This document shows positions 9,781-18,937 of a stretch of 64,000 nucleotides of DNA, piece after piece. Numbering within the stretch: the stretch's first letter is position 1; the number at the start of each line of letters is the position of its first letter. The position numbers and the translations under genes are program-made. The notes under the pieces are model-generated. The model searched no databases. It was given only the letters and a program-made list of their open reading frames with translations, and was not told the DNA's origin. This stretch comes from an uncultured virus (IMG/VR IMGVR_UViG_3300046010_001786). Lineage: Duplodnaviria > Heunggongvirae > Uroviricota > Caudoviricetes. The stretch is taken from the IMG/VR virus record IMGVR_UViG_3300046010_001786; one strand, written 5' to 3'.

Positions 9781-10440
9781 TTAGATAATCCTTCCACGGG
9801 TTTTGCCGCGCTGAGCAATACCGTCTGCGCGTTTTGATGCGACCATGCCACCCTTCTTCATGCCAGCAGCCTGTTCACGCATTCTGGTTCTAAATGCTTC
9901 AGCCTTGCGAGCAAGACGCCCAGATCCTGTCTGAGTATCTTCTTTTAAACGATTCTGTTCTTTGAGGTATGCAGCACGCTCTTTCTGCATGTCTGCCGCC
10001 TTCTTAGCGGCTGCTGTAGCGTCCTTGCCTTGCTCGTATGCTCTACGCTCATCACGGATATTGGAGGCCGTCAGAGCGGATTCCATGCGGTCTATGTCCT
10101 GTCCGCTTGGACCCATGGATTTTGGTGCTGGAGCTGCTGCCGAACCACGACGGGTAAGACCACGCTGAGCATTGAGATAGTCGCGCAGGTTATCAAAACC
10201 GGCTTTTTTCATCTGTTCTTTTGTTACAACCGCAGACTTGGCCGGCTTCGTTTTTGCCATATCTGCCATCGCCATTTCTCGACGATCACGATCATCTATC
10301 TGGCCCATCGTGCTTGCAAAGGTAGGACGCTTAGCAGCTTCCTCTGCCGCAGCTCGACCAAACCCACCAGTCTGCTCAAGACTGATGGCATCATCTTCAA
10401 TGCCGCCGCCAGGCGAATACCGTTTGACTTTGCGTTTCAT
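9781..10440 (-). CDS. Hypothetical protein with MKKGG...RADGIAQRGKTRG C-terminus
   Basis: Same C-terminal motif family as neighbours. Confidence 0.65.
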   Translation of the reverse strand: MKRKVKRYSPGGGIEDDAISLEQTGGFGRAAAEEAAKRPTFASTMGQIDDRDRREMAMADMAKTKPAKSAVVTKEQMKKAGFDNLRDYLNAQRGLTRRGSAAAPAPKSMGPSGQDIDRMESALTASNIRDERRAYEQGKDATAAAKKAADMQKERAAYLKEQNRLKEDTQTGSGRLARKAEAFRTRMREQAAGMKKGGMVASKRADGIAQRGKTRGRII

Positions 10441-10685
10441 AATTTCCTCTGCGCCATCGCGTCAAGTTTGGCCTCTAGTCTGCGGAAGCCGTCGTCAAAA
10501 TGTTCACGGATCTTATCCAGATCCTGCCGTACCTCTGCACGGGTAATGTGCTCCCGAGCTACCTCTTCCCGAGTCCTGTTAAGCAGGATGCTCAGACGGT
10601 TAAGTTCATCGAACTTACTTTTAAGCAGCATACCCATAATTGCCACTATCGCACTCAAAGCGATATTCCAAAGCATCATTTCCAT
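10437..10685 (-). CDS. Small membrane-anchored coiled-coil protein
   Basis: N-terminal hydrophobic helix then LLNRTREEVARE coiled coil. Confidence 0.6.
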   Translation of the reverse strand: MEMMLWNIALSAIVAIMGMLLKSKFDELNRLSILLNRTREEVAREHITRAEVRQDLDKIREHFDDGFRRLEAKLDAMAQRKL

Positions 10686-10967
10686 TTAACACTTCCACCT
10701 TTTTCTCGCTTGCCGAATACGGCTGTTGGGATCTTTGGCGGCTTCTGGAAACTGCTTCATCTGTCCAGCCGACCGCGCACAAAATGATTTGCGGCGCTTT
10801 GCCCGTTCTCCAGTAGGCTTGTCTTCTGTTACGGCAGTCTTGAGCTTTGACCCTGGATTGGCACGGCGATACGCTGCCACGCCTTTATCTGTCATACCAG
10901 CGCCCTGCTTAGTCGGACGGAAGTTGCCCGACTTCACAGAGGTTTTGATGCCCATGCCCTTAGCCAT
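10686..10967 (-). CDS. DUF6321-like basic protein
   Basis: RRKSFCARSAGQMK...DPNSRIRQARKRWKC. Confidence 0.6.
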   Translation of the reverse strand: MAKGMGIKTSVKSGNFRPTKQGAGMTDKGVAAYRRANPGSKLKTAVTEDKPTGERAKRRKSFCARSAGQMKQFPEAAKDPNSRIRQARKRWKC

Positions 10968-11454
10968 AGAACACCGTCGCAGTTACAGAAGAACCACAAC
11001 CAACGAAAATACCGTTGGGGCAATATATGCCTTCGCCTGGAATCAGAACCGGCAACCCAACTGTACTGAACGTGGCAATTTCCAGAGCAATACTGCTATA
11101 CGCTGTGACGTTCCCGCTCGTCGTAGTGCTTACACCAGTGTCTACGCAGGTAAACGTATCGTCACCCGTTTTAGTAATAGCGTACACGCCATCTCTTGCA
11201 GTACCAGACGTAAAGTCTAAAAACACCCGCTGTCCGGTCTCAAAACCATGGTTAACAATGGTCACCGTAATCGTGGTGCTTGGGCTTGTACGTGCGTACG
11301 TGCCTGACTTTTGAACGGTTGGATCACATACGGCGGTCTGCCTTCTAGACGAAGTCCCACTTGTCACCGTAATTGACTTCAATCTTACGGGGATCTGCGT
11401 TACAAGCAACCCGGTACCTGCGGCCCGAGCGGATTTAACGTCATATTGCATCAT
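10960..11454 (-). CDS. Putative virion protein, paralog B
   Basis: MQYDVKS...RLK...IPGEGI...T.FYG, shared with 11464-11952. Confidence 0.7.
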   Translation of the reverse strand: MMQYDVKSARAAGTGLLVTQIPVRLKSITVTSGTSSRRQTAVCDPTVQKSGTYARTSPSTTITVTIVNHGFETGQRVFLDFTSGTARDGVYAITKTGDDTFTCVDTGVSTTTSGNVTAYSSIALEIATFSTVGLPVLIPGEGIYCPNGIFVGCGSSVTATVFYG

Positions 11455-11463
11455 GGCCTATTC

Positions 11464-11952
11464 CTATCCGTAAAAAATAGTCATGGTTACATTGGTTGAC
11501 GGCAGCAAACAAAACAGTCCGCCCGCTGCAAGGATGCCTTCGCCCGGAATCAATGTATAAAACGCTGTGCCGGTTGAGCAATCTAATTCAACAAGGACTT
11601 TAGGGTACATGGTTACATCGCCGCTGGTAGTCAAACTTGCCGTGGTTATAGTAAACGTATCAGTTGTTACATTTGATACTACATAACTGTCGTCTACTGC
11701 CGTACCGCTAGTAAAGTTTAGACCAACTATATCCCCGTTTGACAATCCATGATTAGCAATTGTCACCGTACAAGTAGTTGAACCAGGAATGTCATACGTT
11801 CCCGTCAACGCCCCATCAGTATCAACTACACATGAGTTAAACGTCGTTGACGTAGTGGGAGATATAACTACACCTTTGAGACGTGTACGAGCCGCATACG
11901 CAAGTGATGAAACCTCTGCGTGAAACGACTTTACGTCATACTGCATACCCAT
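11464..11952 (-). CDS. Putative virion protein, paralog A
   Basis: Start refined to MGMQYDVKS (GGAG upstream); tandem paralog of 10960-11454. Confidence 0.7.
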   Translation of the reverse strand: MGMQYDVKSFHAEVSSLAYAARTRLKGVVISPTTSTTFNSCVVDTDGALTGTYDIPGSTTCTVTIANHGLSNGDIVGLNFTSGTAVDDSYVVSNVTTDTFTITTASLTTSGDVTMYPKVLVELDCSTGTAFYTLIPGEGILAAGGLFCLLPSTNVTMTIFYG

Positions 11953-12109
11953 TTTGGCTCTCCACTGGATCTGGTAGTTCAAGACGGGCCAGCATAGCTT
12001 TCATCGTATCTATGGCAGCCTGGGAAGCAACGGCCACGTCATGTGCGTGAGCGCGTTGCTGTTCCATTTGCTTGATCTCTTCTAGCAGAAACTCTTTAGT
12101 TATCTGCAT
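11936..12109 (-). CDS. Hypothetical 57-aa protein (below ORF-track cutoff)
   Basis: MQITKEFLLEEIKQMEQQRAHAHDVAVASQAAIDTMKAMLARLELP...; TAATG coupling to the upstream gene. Confidence 0.55.
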   Translation of the reverse strand: MQITKEFLLEEIKQMEQQRAHAHDVAVASQAAIDTMKAMLARLELPDPVESQNGYAV

Positions 12110-12699
12110 TAGGCAATCGTACTTACCATGATGTAGTACGTAGTCCCGTTATCACTGATCACAGGGATCGTGTGGGTAGCAGCCGGAGTTCCAGCAGCAG
12201 CACGGAAAACCGTACCGGACGCCGGGGCAGGAACGCGCAACAGAGCGCTAACAGTTCCAGTTCCGCTATTCGTACAACGCAGGTAAGTAGCACCAGACCA
12301 AGAGCCGCCAGAAGCAAAATCAGAGTCCAGTTGGATTGCAGAAATCGTACCGCCAGGAGCAGTAGAAGATCCACCGAGAGTTACGCGCAGAGCATTACCG
12401 GCACCAGAGATCGTTCCAGATCCATTAATGGACAGGGAGATATGAGCACCGTTGACTGTGCCGCCAGTAGCAGCGCCAGCACCAGTTACGCGGGTAAGGA
12501 AACGAGCTGTCTCACCAGAACCGGTAGAGGTAAAGGTCAGACGGGAATAGTTCAGTCGTACATCACCAGTCGTATTTGACGCGGTAACGTAAGAAGAAGA
12601 AACGTTGGAAGCAGAGGTGACCGCAATTTCATCAGTAGCGGTGCCGGAGATAAAACCATTAGCCGATTTTACTGGCCCAGAAAACGAAGTCGTCGCCAT
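12109..12699 (-). CDS. Putative capsid-associated (decoration/fibre) protein
   Basis: Start refined to MATTSFSGPVKS (AAGGA upstream); Thr/Gly/Ser-rich; directly after the major capsid gene. Confidence 0.6.
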   Translation of the reverse strand: MATTSFSGPVKSANGFISGTATDEIAVTSASNVSSSYVTASNTTGDVRLNYSRLTFTSTGSGETARFLTRVTGAGAATGGTVNGAHISLSINGSGTISGAGNALRVTLGGSSTAPGGTISAIQLDSDFASGGSWSGATYLRCTNSGTGTVSALLRVPAPASGTVFRAAAGTPAATHTIPVISDNGTTYYIMVSTIA

Positions 12700-12712
12700 G
12701 ACAGTCCTTTCG

Positions 12713-12787
12713 TGTAGTAGCACTTCCCCATGCCGTCTCTACTAAGTCTGCTAGGCCAGTCTGCATGGGTGGTAAATCCTAGACTTA
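12713..12787 (-). ncRNA. Structured RNA, Mu-gpT-DE-like (two hairpins with complementary loops)
   Basis: Minus strand: AAGTCT-AGG...CCTAG-C-AGACTT stem with CCCATGC in its loop; TAGTAG...CTACTA stem with GCATGGG in its loop; immediately downstream of a gpT-like capsid gene. Confidence 0.6.
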
Positions 12788-12811
12788 ATAATAACTATAC
12801 ACCGTTACAAC

Positions 12812-12842
12812 AAAAAAGGAAGGGGGCCGAAGCCCCCTATCC
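12812..12842 (-). terminator. Rho-independent terminator after major capsid gene
   Basis: GGGGGC-TTCG-GCCCCC followed by TTCCTTTTTT. Confidence 0.85.
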
Positions 12843-12851
12843 TTATACTGC

Positions 12852-13757
12852 TTAGCCTGCGGAACCGAACATTCCGAGCGGATCCGAGAATCCGAAGGAA
12901 TAACGCTCACGACTCTTGTAACGAACGTTACCAGTGTCGAAGTCACCGTCCATCGAGTTCTGCAACGGTACGCGCACAAAGTGCTTCATACCATTAGGAA
13001 CGTCAGTGGTCAGGAACCATGCGTTGGTGTCCGTCAAGAAGTTGTTAACGGTATACCCTTCAGGGATAGAACCGTTATTCTTGATGGCGTTGATGTCGTT
13101 GTCCGCCGTACCAACACGCAGCTCAGTCTCAAGGAGACGGGTGGCCACGAACTGGAGGGCAGGGGGAACGACGAGCTTCTTGGGCTTGGCTGCAATCAGC
13201 AGTCCGCGCTCATCCGTCCATGCAGCAATTTGAATCACTGCGTTCTCAAGAGAGGTCTCGTTGAGATCGGTAGGAGTCGTGGGGATGTTGCTGTTTGTGC
13301 CACCAGAGACCAAGGGGTGCGCGTTGGAGAACAGGGGTTGACCGTCGCCACCAGCAAAGGCGGAGTCAAATCCATTGTTCAGAACCGCAGCGGCCTTGAT
13401 CTGTTTGGTGTAAGCCATAGCACGGGCCAGGGCTTTGGTGTAACGAGCAGACAGGCTGTCGTACAGGTTGTCCTCGATGGCCTCTTCGGTCAGCGAGAAA
13501 CCCAAAGCAATGGTTTCGTGGTTATAGCGAGCAGACCATGCTTCCTGGGCGTTGTCATAAGCGATGGCAGAACCTTCGTTCTTAACCGGCGCTGCTGAGA
13601 AGCCAGAGAGCTTGGTTTCCTCTTCAAACGAACGCTCGGAAGTCTCAGTTTCGTAGATTTCCTTGTGCTGTTCGCCGTAACGAGCATACTCCAGACCAAA
13701 CAAAGCGTTCAGGCCAGGGAGAAGCTCTTTCAGTAGTTGTGCGCGTGAAATAGCCAT
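12852..13757 (-). CDS. Major capsid protein (Mu gpT-like, HK97 fold)
   Basis: MAISRAQLLKELLPGLNALFGLEY; GGDGQPLFSNAHP; PKKLVVPPAL; DFDTGNVRYKSRERYSFG; 301 aa downstream of portal and scaffold. Confidence 0.9.
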   Translation of the reverse strand: MAISRAQLLKELLPGLNALFGLEYARYGEQHKEIYETETSERSFEEETKLSGFSAAPVKNEGSAIAYDNAQEAWSARYNHETIALGFSLTEEAIEDNLYDSLSARYTKALARAMAYTKQIKAAAVLNNGFDSAFAGGDGQPLFSNAHPLVSGGTNSNIPTTPTDLNETSLENAVIQIAAWTDERGLLIAAKPKKLVVPPALQFVATRLLETELRVGTADNDINAIKNNGSIPEGYTVNNFLTDTNAWFLTTDVPNGMKHFVRVPLQNSMDGDFDTGNVRYKSRERYSFGFSDPLGMFGSAG

Positions 13758-13768
13758 TTATATTCTCC

Positions 13769-14389
13769 TTAAGCCGTGTACGCAGTGCCGGTCAGCGCCG
13801 TGTATTGCGGGTCGTTAATCTTCACAATGACTTCAGGGTAAATAACAACACCACTGGAGACAAAGGAAGTATCAGGAACGACAGCAATAACTCGGAACGG
13901 AAGCGTGGTAGCAGCACCAGCGCCGTTGCCCGGAAGAACAATAGAAGACCCGGAATCGCCTGTAGCAGTCGAACCGGTACCATAAACAGTAGCTACGTTA
14001 GCGCCAACGATAGTCTGGTTTGCACCAGTAACCGTTCCAGCCGTACCAGAAGTAGTAATAGCCACTTTATACGCAGCCGACGGATCAACCACTACGTAGG
14101 CGATAGCGTTAGTAACTGCCGTGCCGGGATAGTATTGAGCCTGAACAGTCTGCCCAGACGAGTTGGTGTACTGACATCCCATGAAAACACCAACAATGGT
14201 GCCTGTCGTGGTTGCGCCAGAAAGCTCGATAGAACCACCCGCGACGACTTTTACCGTGTCACCGAAGAAAATGGCCGAGTTGTAGGTGCCAGCAATACGA
14301 ATCTGCTGCGTTGCACCAGCATACGGTAGACCATCAATTCGGTTAACAGGCCTAAAGCCGTAGGGCTTACTAATAGTAGGATAAGCCAT
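13769..14389 (-). CDS. Putative capsid cement/decoration protein
   Basis: PYGFRPV...IFFGDTV...GVFMGCQY; directly upstream of MCP. Confidence 0.55.
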   Translation of the reverse strand: MAYPTISKPYGFRPVNRIDGLPYAGATQQIRIAGTYNSAIFFGDTVKVVAGGSIELSGATTTGTIVGVFMGCQYTNSSGQTVQAQYYPGTAVTNAIAYVVVDPSAAYKVAITTSGTAGTVTGANQTIVGANVATVYGTGSTATGDSGSSIVLPGNGAGAATTLPFRVIAVVPDTSFVSSGVVIYPEVIVKINDPQYTALTGTAYTA

Positions 14390-14405
14390 TGTTAACTCCT
14401 AAAGA

Positions 14406-14858
14406 TTAAGTTCCTTTACCAAAGCTACTCGTAGACTTCCGCTCTTTAAAGAGGGGCATCCTTGGGTCGCTTTGCCGCATTAAATTATTGTCCACGGCTT
14501 CCGTCTGAGATGCGGTCTGGTTACGGTACCAATCCGAACGCTGATCCACAAACTCTTCTGGTGCCTTGCACAACAATAGTCCACCGATCTCAATGTTGTC
14601 TTTGAAACGACTTGAAGGATCGATGAGCAGTTTAAATTTTGGTTGCTCTTCAACGGATACCGGCTCCCATCCCTCTCTCATTTTGGTAGAAAGGTTACGT
14701 GGGTCAGCCTGGTTCAACATTGAGACGCGAATCCAGCGATACGCATACCCAACCTGTTTGTCTGGTTCGGGGAGAAGCTCAGGGGGCATCCACTGCTTAG
14801 GACGCTCTGTGACTGCTCGGGTTGCTACTTCGCGTGTTGCTCGATTTTGCTCAGCCAT
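14406..14858 (-). CDS. Conserved head-module protein
   Basis: W.PP..LP.P...YRWIR...REGWEPV...GGLLLCK motif. Confidence 0.65.
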   Translation of the reverse strand: MAEQNRATREVATRAVTERPKQWMPPELLPEPDKQVGYAYRWIRVSMLNQADPRNLSTKMREGWEPVSVEEQPKFKLLIDPSSRFKDNIEIGGLLLCKAPEEFVDQRSDWYRNQTASQTEAVDNNLMRQSDPRMPLFKERKSTSSFGKGT

Positions 14859-15813
14859 TTTGGGCCTCCAATTTTTTAAGTTCTAAGGCGTACTGCTCTG
14901 GTGTTAATCCCAACTTCTTAGCCAATTGAACCTGGCTCGCTCTCAACCGTATCTTGTTAGATGCGGTGCTGCGTACTGCTGGGGCTACTACCGTGCTCGA
15001 TCTTGTACGAGACTCAGCTTTTGCCTTTGGAACCTCGGCCTCCTCAAAATTCTCTGGAAACCGTTTGCGAATTGTTCTGTCCAAAATCGCGTAATACTCA
15101 TCAGACCCTATTTGCACCTCGCCGCTCTTCTTGAGTTTTTCGTGTAAACCCAAGGCCGCAGCGGTCATCTCGTCGTCTTGGCCATACCAGGGATTTCGGT
15201 CCTGCCATGACTGTAACTTCGGATTTGCCCGAGGTTGCGGGGTCTCGTATGTATTTTGTACCTGAAAATTTTCTTCTTGTAAAGCAGGCATTTGGAAGTT
15301 CTGTGCCTGCATAGACCGGATTTGGGCAGTTTGAAGCTCTTTCTGGGCCTCTAACACCTTGTCAGAATCTCCAGAATCATAGGCTTCTTTGTACTGCACC
15401 TCGGCCATTTTGAGCTTTAACGCGGCAGCTTCTTGTAACGTAGTGGCATATTCTTTCCCACCAGTATCAAGAATCTGTTTAATCCGCTTGTTCTCATTCA
15501 TGAGCTGCTGCGCCAGGCGTACAGCCTCTTGCTGCTCTCGATATGCGGCCTCTTTCTCGCGGCGCTCGTCGTGCCAAACCTTCCGCATTTGCTTGAGTTT
15601 TTGTTTGACCTCGTCGTCATAAGCCTCTAGGTCATCTTTCTCAAGCTCCTCTTTGAGAGGGGCGGGCAATGGCTGACGGCCACGATCCTCTTCAGGCGTG
15701 TCGTCTTCTATCTCGACTTCGACCTTATCGTTTTTGTCGTTTCCAATAGTGACGCTCAGTTCGTTAGTCTGTTCGTCGGGGAATTTAAATTCATCTTTTT
15801 CAAATTCAGGCAT
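14851..15813 (-). CDS. Putative capsid scaffolding protein
   Basis: Acidic coiled coil, W..RNPWYG, C-terminal AKKLGLTPEQYA; between portal and capsid. Confidence 0.65.
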   Translation of the reverse strand: MPEFEKDEFKFPDEQTNELSVTIGNDKNDKVEVEIEDDTPEEDRGRQPLPAPLKEELEKDDLEAYDDEVKQKLKQMRKVWHDERREKEAAYREQQEAVRLAQQLMNENKRIKQILDTGGKEYATTLQEAAALKLKMAEVQYKEAYDSGDSDKVLEAQKELQTAQIRSMQAQNFQMPALQEENFQVQNTYETPQPRANPKLQSWQDRNPWYGQDDEMTAAALGLHEKLKKSGEVQIGSDEYYAILDRTIRKRFPENFEEAEVPKAKAESRTRSSTVVAPAVRSTASNKIRLRASQVQLAKKLGLTPEQYALELKKLEAQNG

Positions 15814-15825
15814 CTTGTCCTCCTG

Positions 15826-16242
15826 TTACTTACGTTTGATTCCGCGAGGGTCCATCACCGTTGCCTCTACTGAGTCATCGTTAATGAGTCGAAACTCGCG
15901 TCCGTGGATTAACAGCCGTGTACCGGCGTTTGGCCTTACCAATACAAAATCACCTTTCTTGCACCACGGTCCCGTGGGGAATCGAGAAGTGTCTTTGTAA
16001 CAGTCTGGGCCTAGCTCAACGACAAATAGAACCGTCGTTAAGATCTCTTCGTAGTGAATGGTTGTATCTGCTTTAACCAATCCACTGTCGTACTCTTTTT
16101 CTACTTCTGGTATTGCACACAGAATCCTGTAGCCCGAGGGCTTGGGAAGCTGCCTTGCTTTCTCTTCGTTGGTTGCTTCTAGGTTAATTGCGCCTACTAT
16201 CTGCGGTTTATCGGGATTTGTGCCGATAAGGATTTCACTCAT
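15826..16242 (-). CDS. groES: GroES-like co-chaperonin
   Basis: P.GYRIL...SGLV...VVELGPDCY...PWCKKGDFVL...GREFRLINDDSV. Confidence 0.8.
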   Translation of the reverse strand: MSEILIGTNPDKPQIVGAINLEATNEEKARQLPKPSGYRILCAIPEVEKEYDSGLVKADTTIHYEEILTTVLFVVELGPDCYKDTSRFPTGPWCKKGDFVLVRPNAGTRLLIHGREFRLINDDSVEATVMDPRGIKRK

Positions 16243-16423
16243 CAGTGTTCTCCATCTTTTGTTTAAGGTCTAATGCGTACCCCCTTGCAGTGAGCAGACC
16301 CCGGATCTCACCGCAAATTCTTTTGTATTCCTCAAGACTTTCGCACTTCCCTTCTGCCAAGAAGTCTTTCAGTTGAGAAACTTTGTCGTCTGTCTGTTCG
16401 ACGATTACTTCTAGTTCAGTCAT
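16235..16423 (-). CDS. Small hypothetical protein
   Basis: EEYKRICGEIRGL motif; coupled to portal and GroES genes. Confidence 0.6.
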   Translation of the reverse strand: MTELEVIVEQTDDKVSQLKDFLAEGKCESLEEYKRICGEIRGLLTARGYALDLKQKMENTDE

Positions 16424-18927
16424 TTGTTAGCCTTTGGTTGTTGGGGGCGCTGTACTTCTTTCTGATGTGCCTGGCTAGACAACTGTTTTGCAATGTCTAC
16501 GCCCATGCGAATGATTTCCTTTTCTCTGCCATCTCGCATCTCGGCTGCGGTACGAATAGCTTCAAGCTCCGTATCACTCTGTAACTTCTGCTTCTGGAAC
16601 TCAGCCTGCGAAATAATCCGACCGGCTTCTATTTCCTGCTGACGCTTACGCAGTTCAATATCAGCCTGATCTTTCTGGGCTTTGCGTTGAATCTCAGCCT
16701 GTTTCATTGCAAGCTCTTGCTGCTGCATCTGAATGATTGGATCTTGTGCCTGCTGCTGCGCTTGTTGTTGCGCGACTTGAGCCTGGTTCTGAGAAAGAAG
16801 CCGTTGTGCAGCTTGAGCCAACATCGGTGCCAGGCGAGCTTCGACTTCAGGATTCATACCAACCTCTTCGCCCATCTCATCTTCTTTGGGCGGCAGGTTA
16901 AAGCCAAGCTGTAACTCGATCTGCTTGCGATACTCCATACCCAAGTGCTCGTTGATATGGTTCATCATGGCTGCTTGCATTTGTCCGGCCATTGGGTTGT
17001 TCTTCAACAACTCTTGGATCATCGGATCTTGCATAGCAGACATGTGCACTGTGATGTGCGCTCTGTGATCCTGGTACGCAAATGCTTTAACCGGCTTGTT
17101 ACGCAACATATTCTGGTTCTCTGTTACAGGATCTGCCGGCTTCTGATCTTCATCCATTGGCACTAGCTTCTGTGCATCTTTAATTCCAAGCACATCGAGC
17201 ATTTGTCGGTGAAGTAGTGGCAGGTTATATAGCTGTGGAGCCGCCTGCGCCAACTGCATGACCGCCTGATACTGAACGATCTTTTGCGCCATCGTCGAGG
17301 CATTTGGGTCTGAAACCGGGATAACGTCAACATCGTCATAGTCTGTTTTCTTCGCCCGGCGGTGTCCATCTACTGGTTCATAGCTGTACTCATCAGGCGT
17401 GTATGCCGCGATGATCTGCTTGAGTAACCCTAGCTCCTGCTTCATAGAGTAATGAACGCGAGCTTGGACCGCCGACATTGTTTTTAGCGTCCGCTCAAGA
17501 ATGGCCAGCGTAGTTCCCACTGGTGCCTGGGCAGACATATCGGAAATCTGAAGATCTGCTGTGTTAGCGAACCTTCGACCTTCATCAATAATGGTTTGGA
17601 ACAACTGGAAGAGAGTCTGACTTGGTTCTTTGTACGGCAGCGGCATCAGGTTGTCTTTAATAGACCCTGATGGAACGTCTACGTCTCTAAACTCTCCAGG
17701 TGCTATCGGTGTGTCATCGCCTTTAACGCGCAGACCCCGCGCTTTAAAGCCTCCCGGCAAATTCGCCAGTGTTCCTGCATCAACCAACTGACGAATGAGA
17801 GAAGTACCAGACTTGGCAAAAGCACCAACAAGGTGAATAAGGCCGAAATAGTAAAAACCAAAGCCGGGAACATATCCGTAATGAACAAAATGCTGTCGCT
17901 TCGCATACGTTTCATCGTCTGGCTCCCAGTTACGCCGAATGGCTAGGATTTGATTCGATCCCTTCTCAATAGTCACTACATACGGCAGCGCAATACCCGT
18001 TAACTCGTCGTCTTCATCCCTGTGCTCATGGCCAGGAAGGTCCAACTCCACGTGCATCTCAAGAATCTTGTACCGGGAGTCGGTCGAAGCACGGAATCCC
18101 AACTTCTCTGCGATCTTTTTCTCTACTTCGTCCAACATATTATTGGGTGGGCCGAGGTCTATGTCTGCATAGAAGCCGGAAACCTGTAGTCGGCGCAGCT
18201 CATTCTCTGTTTTACGCATAACATGGGTCACACGCTCCGCAGATACAAGATCCGATGCGCCATAAGGCACAACAATGTCTTCTGCTGGGACAAATAGAGA
18301 GACTTGCCGCTCAATACTGGGGTCAAAATAGACCTTTTTGAACGCATTACCAGAAAGACCCAAGCCCCAGAGCATCCGCTCATGTTCAGGCCGGTACTCT
18401 TTCATGACATCCATCAACTGGTAGTTCATGTCGTCCTGCACACGCTTGGCGGACTCTTTTTTCTCGGGCGTTTCTTTGCCGATGATCTGTGTTTTCACCG
18501 GCCCAGAGGCAGGAAACGTAGACATCATCGTTTCCGACTGGAACTTGACCAGGGCTTCGGACAAAAGCGGGTGGTACACACCGCAAGCGCCTTCCCATGG
18601 TTCAGCCCGGTCTTCTAATTTCATTCCAAGAAGCTCTAGGCCGTCTACATAAGTCTGTATCCAATCTTTTCTGGAGGCTACGTCTTCGTCATAGTCACCA
18701 ATCAACTCACCGGCAAGACTCGCAACGACTTCATCGTCCATTGACTCAACAAGATTGGCGTTGAAGTCTTCGTCGGTCATCTCTTTTTTCTCAAACTCAA
18801 TCTCAAGATCACCGATACCAATCGTTACCGACTCGGGATCTTCGATTTCGATCTCAATATCGGGTGCCGCTGACATCTCGGACATCACACCAATGGGAGC
18901 TTGACTCAACGACTTTTCAATAGCCAT
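16420..18927 (-). CDS. Portal protein
   Basis: 835 aa after TerL; GNAFKKVYFD, LVDAGTLANLPGG motifs; Gln-rich C-terminal coiled-coil barrel as in P22-like portals. Confidence 0.85.
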   Translation of the reverse strand: MAIEKSLSQAPIGVMSEMSAAPDIEIEIEDPESVTIGIGDLEIEFEKKEMTDEDFNANLVESMDDEVVASLAGELIGDYDEDVASRKDWIQTYVDGLELLGMKLEDRAEPWEGACGVYHPLLSEALVKFQSETMMSTFPASGPVKTQIIGKETPEKKESAKRVQDDMNYQLMDVMKEYRPEHERMLWGLGLSGNAFKKVYFDPSIERQVSLFVPAEDIVVPYGASDLVSAERVTHVMRKTENELRRLQVSGFYADIDLGPPNNMLDEVEKKIAEKLGFRASTDSRYKILEMHVELDLPGHEHRDEDDELTGIALPYVVTIEKGSNQILAIRRNWEPDDETYAKRQHFVHYGYVPGFGFYYFGLIHLVGAFAKSGTSLIRQLVDAGTLANLPGGFKARGLRVKGDDTPIAPGEFRDVDVPSGSIKDNLMPLPYKEPSQTLFQLFQTIIDEGRRFANTADLQISDMSAQAPVGTTLAILERTLKTMSAVQARVHYSMKQELGLLKQIIAAYTPDEYSYEPVDGHRRAKKTDYDDVDVIPVSDPNASTMAQKIVQYQAVMQLAQAAPQLYNLPLLHRQMLDVLGIKDAQKLVPMDEDQKPADPVTENQNMLRNKPVKAFAYQDHRAHITVHMSAMQDPMIQELLKNNPMAGQMQAAMMNHINEHLGMEYRKQIELQLGFNLPPKEDEMGEEVGMNPEVEARLAPMLAQAAQRLLSQNQAQVAQQQAQQQAQDPIIQMQQQELAMKQAEIQRKAQKDQADIELRKRQQEIEAGRIISQAEFQKQKLQSDTELEAIRTAAEMRDGREKEIIRMGVDIAKQLSSQAHQKEVQRPQQPKANK

Positions 18928-18937
18928 GATTTATCCT

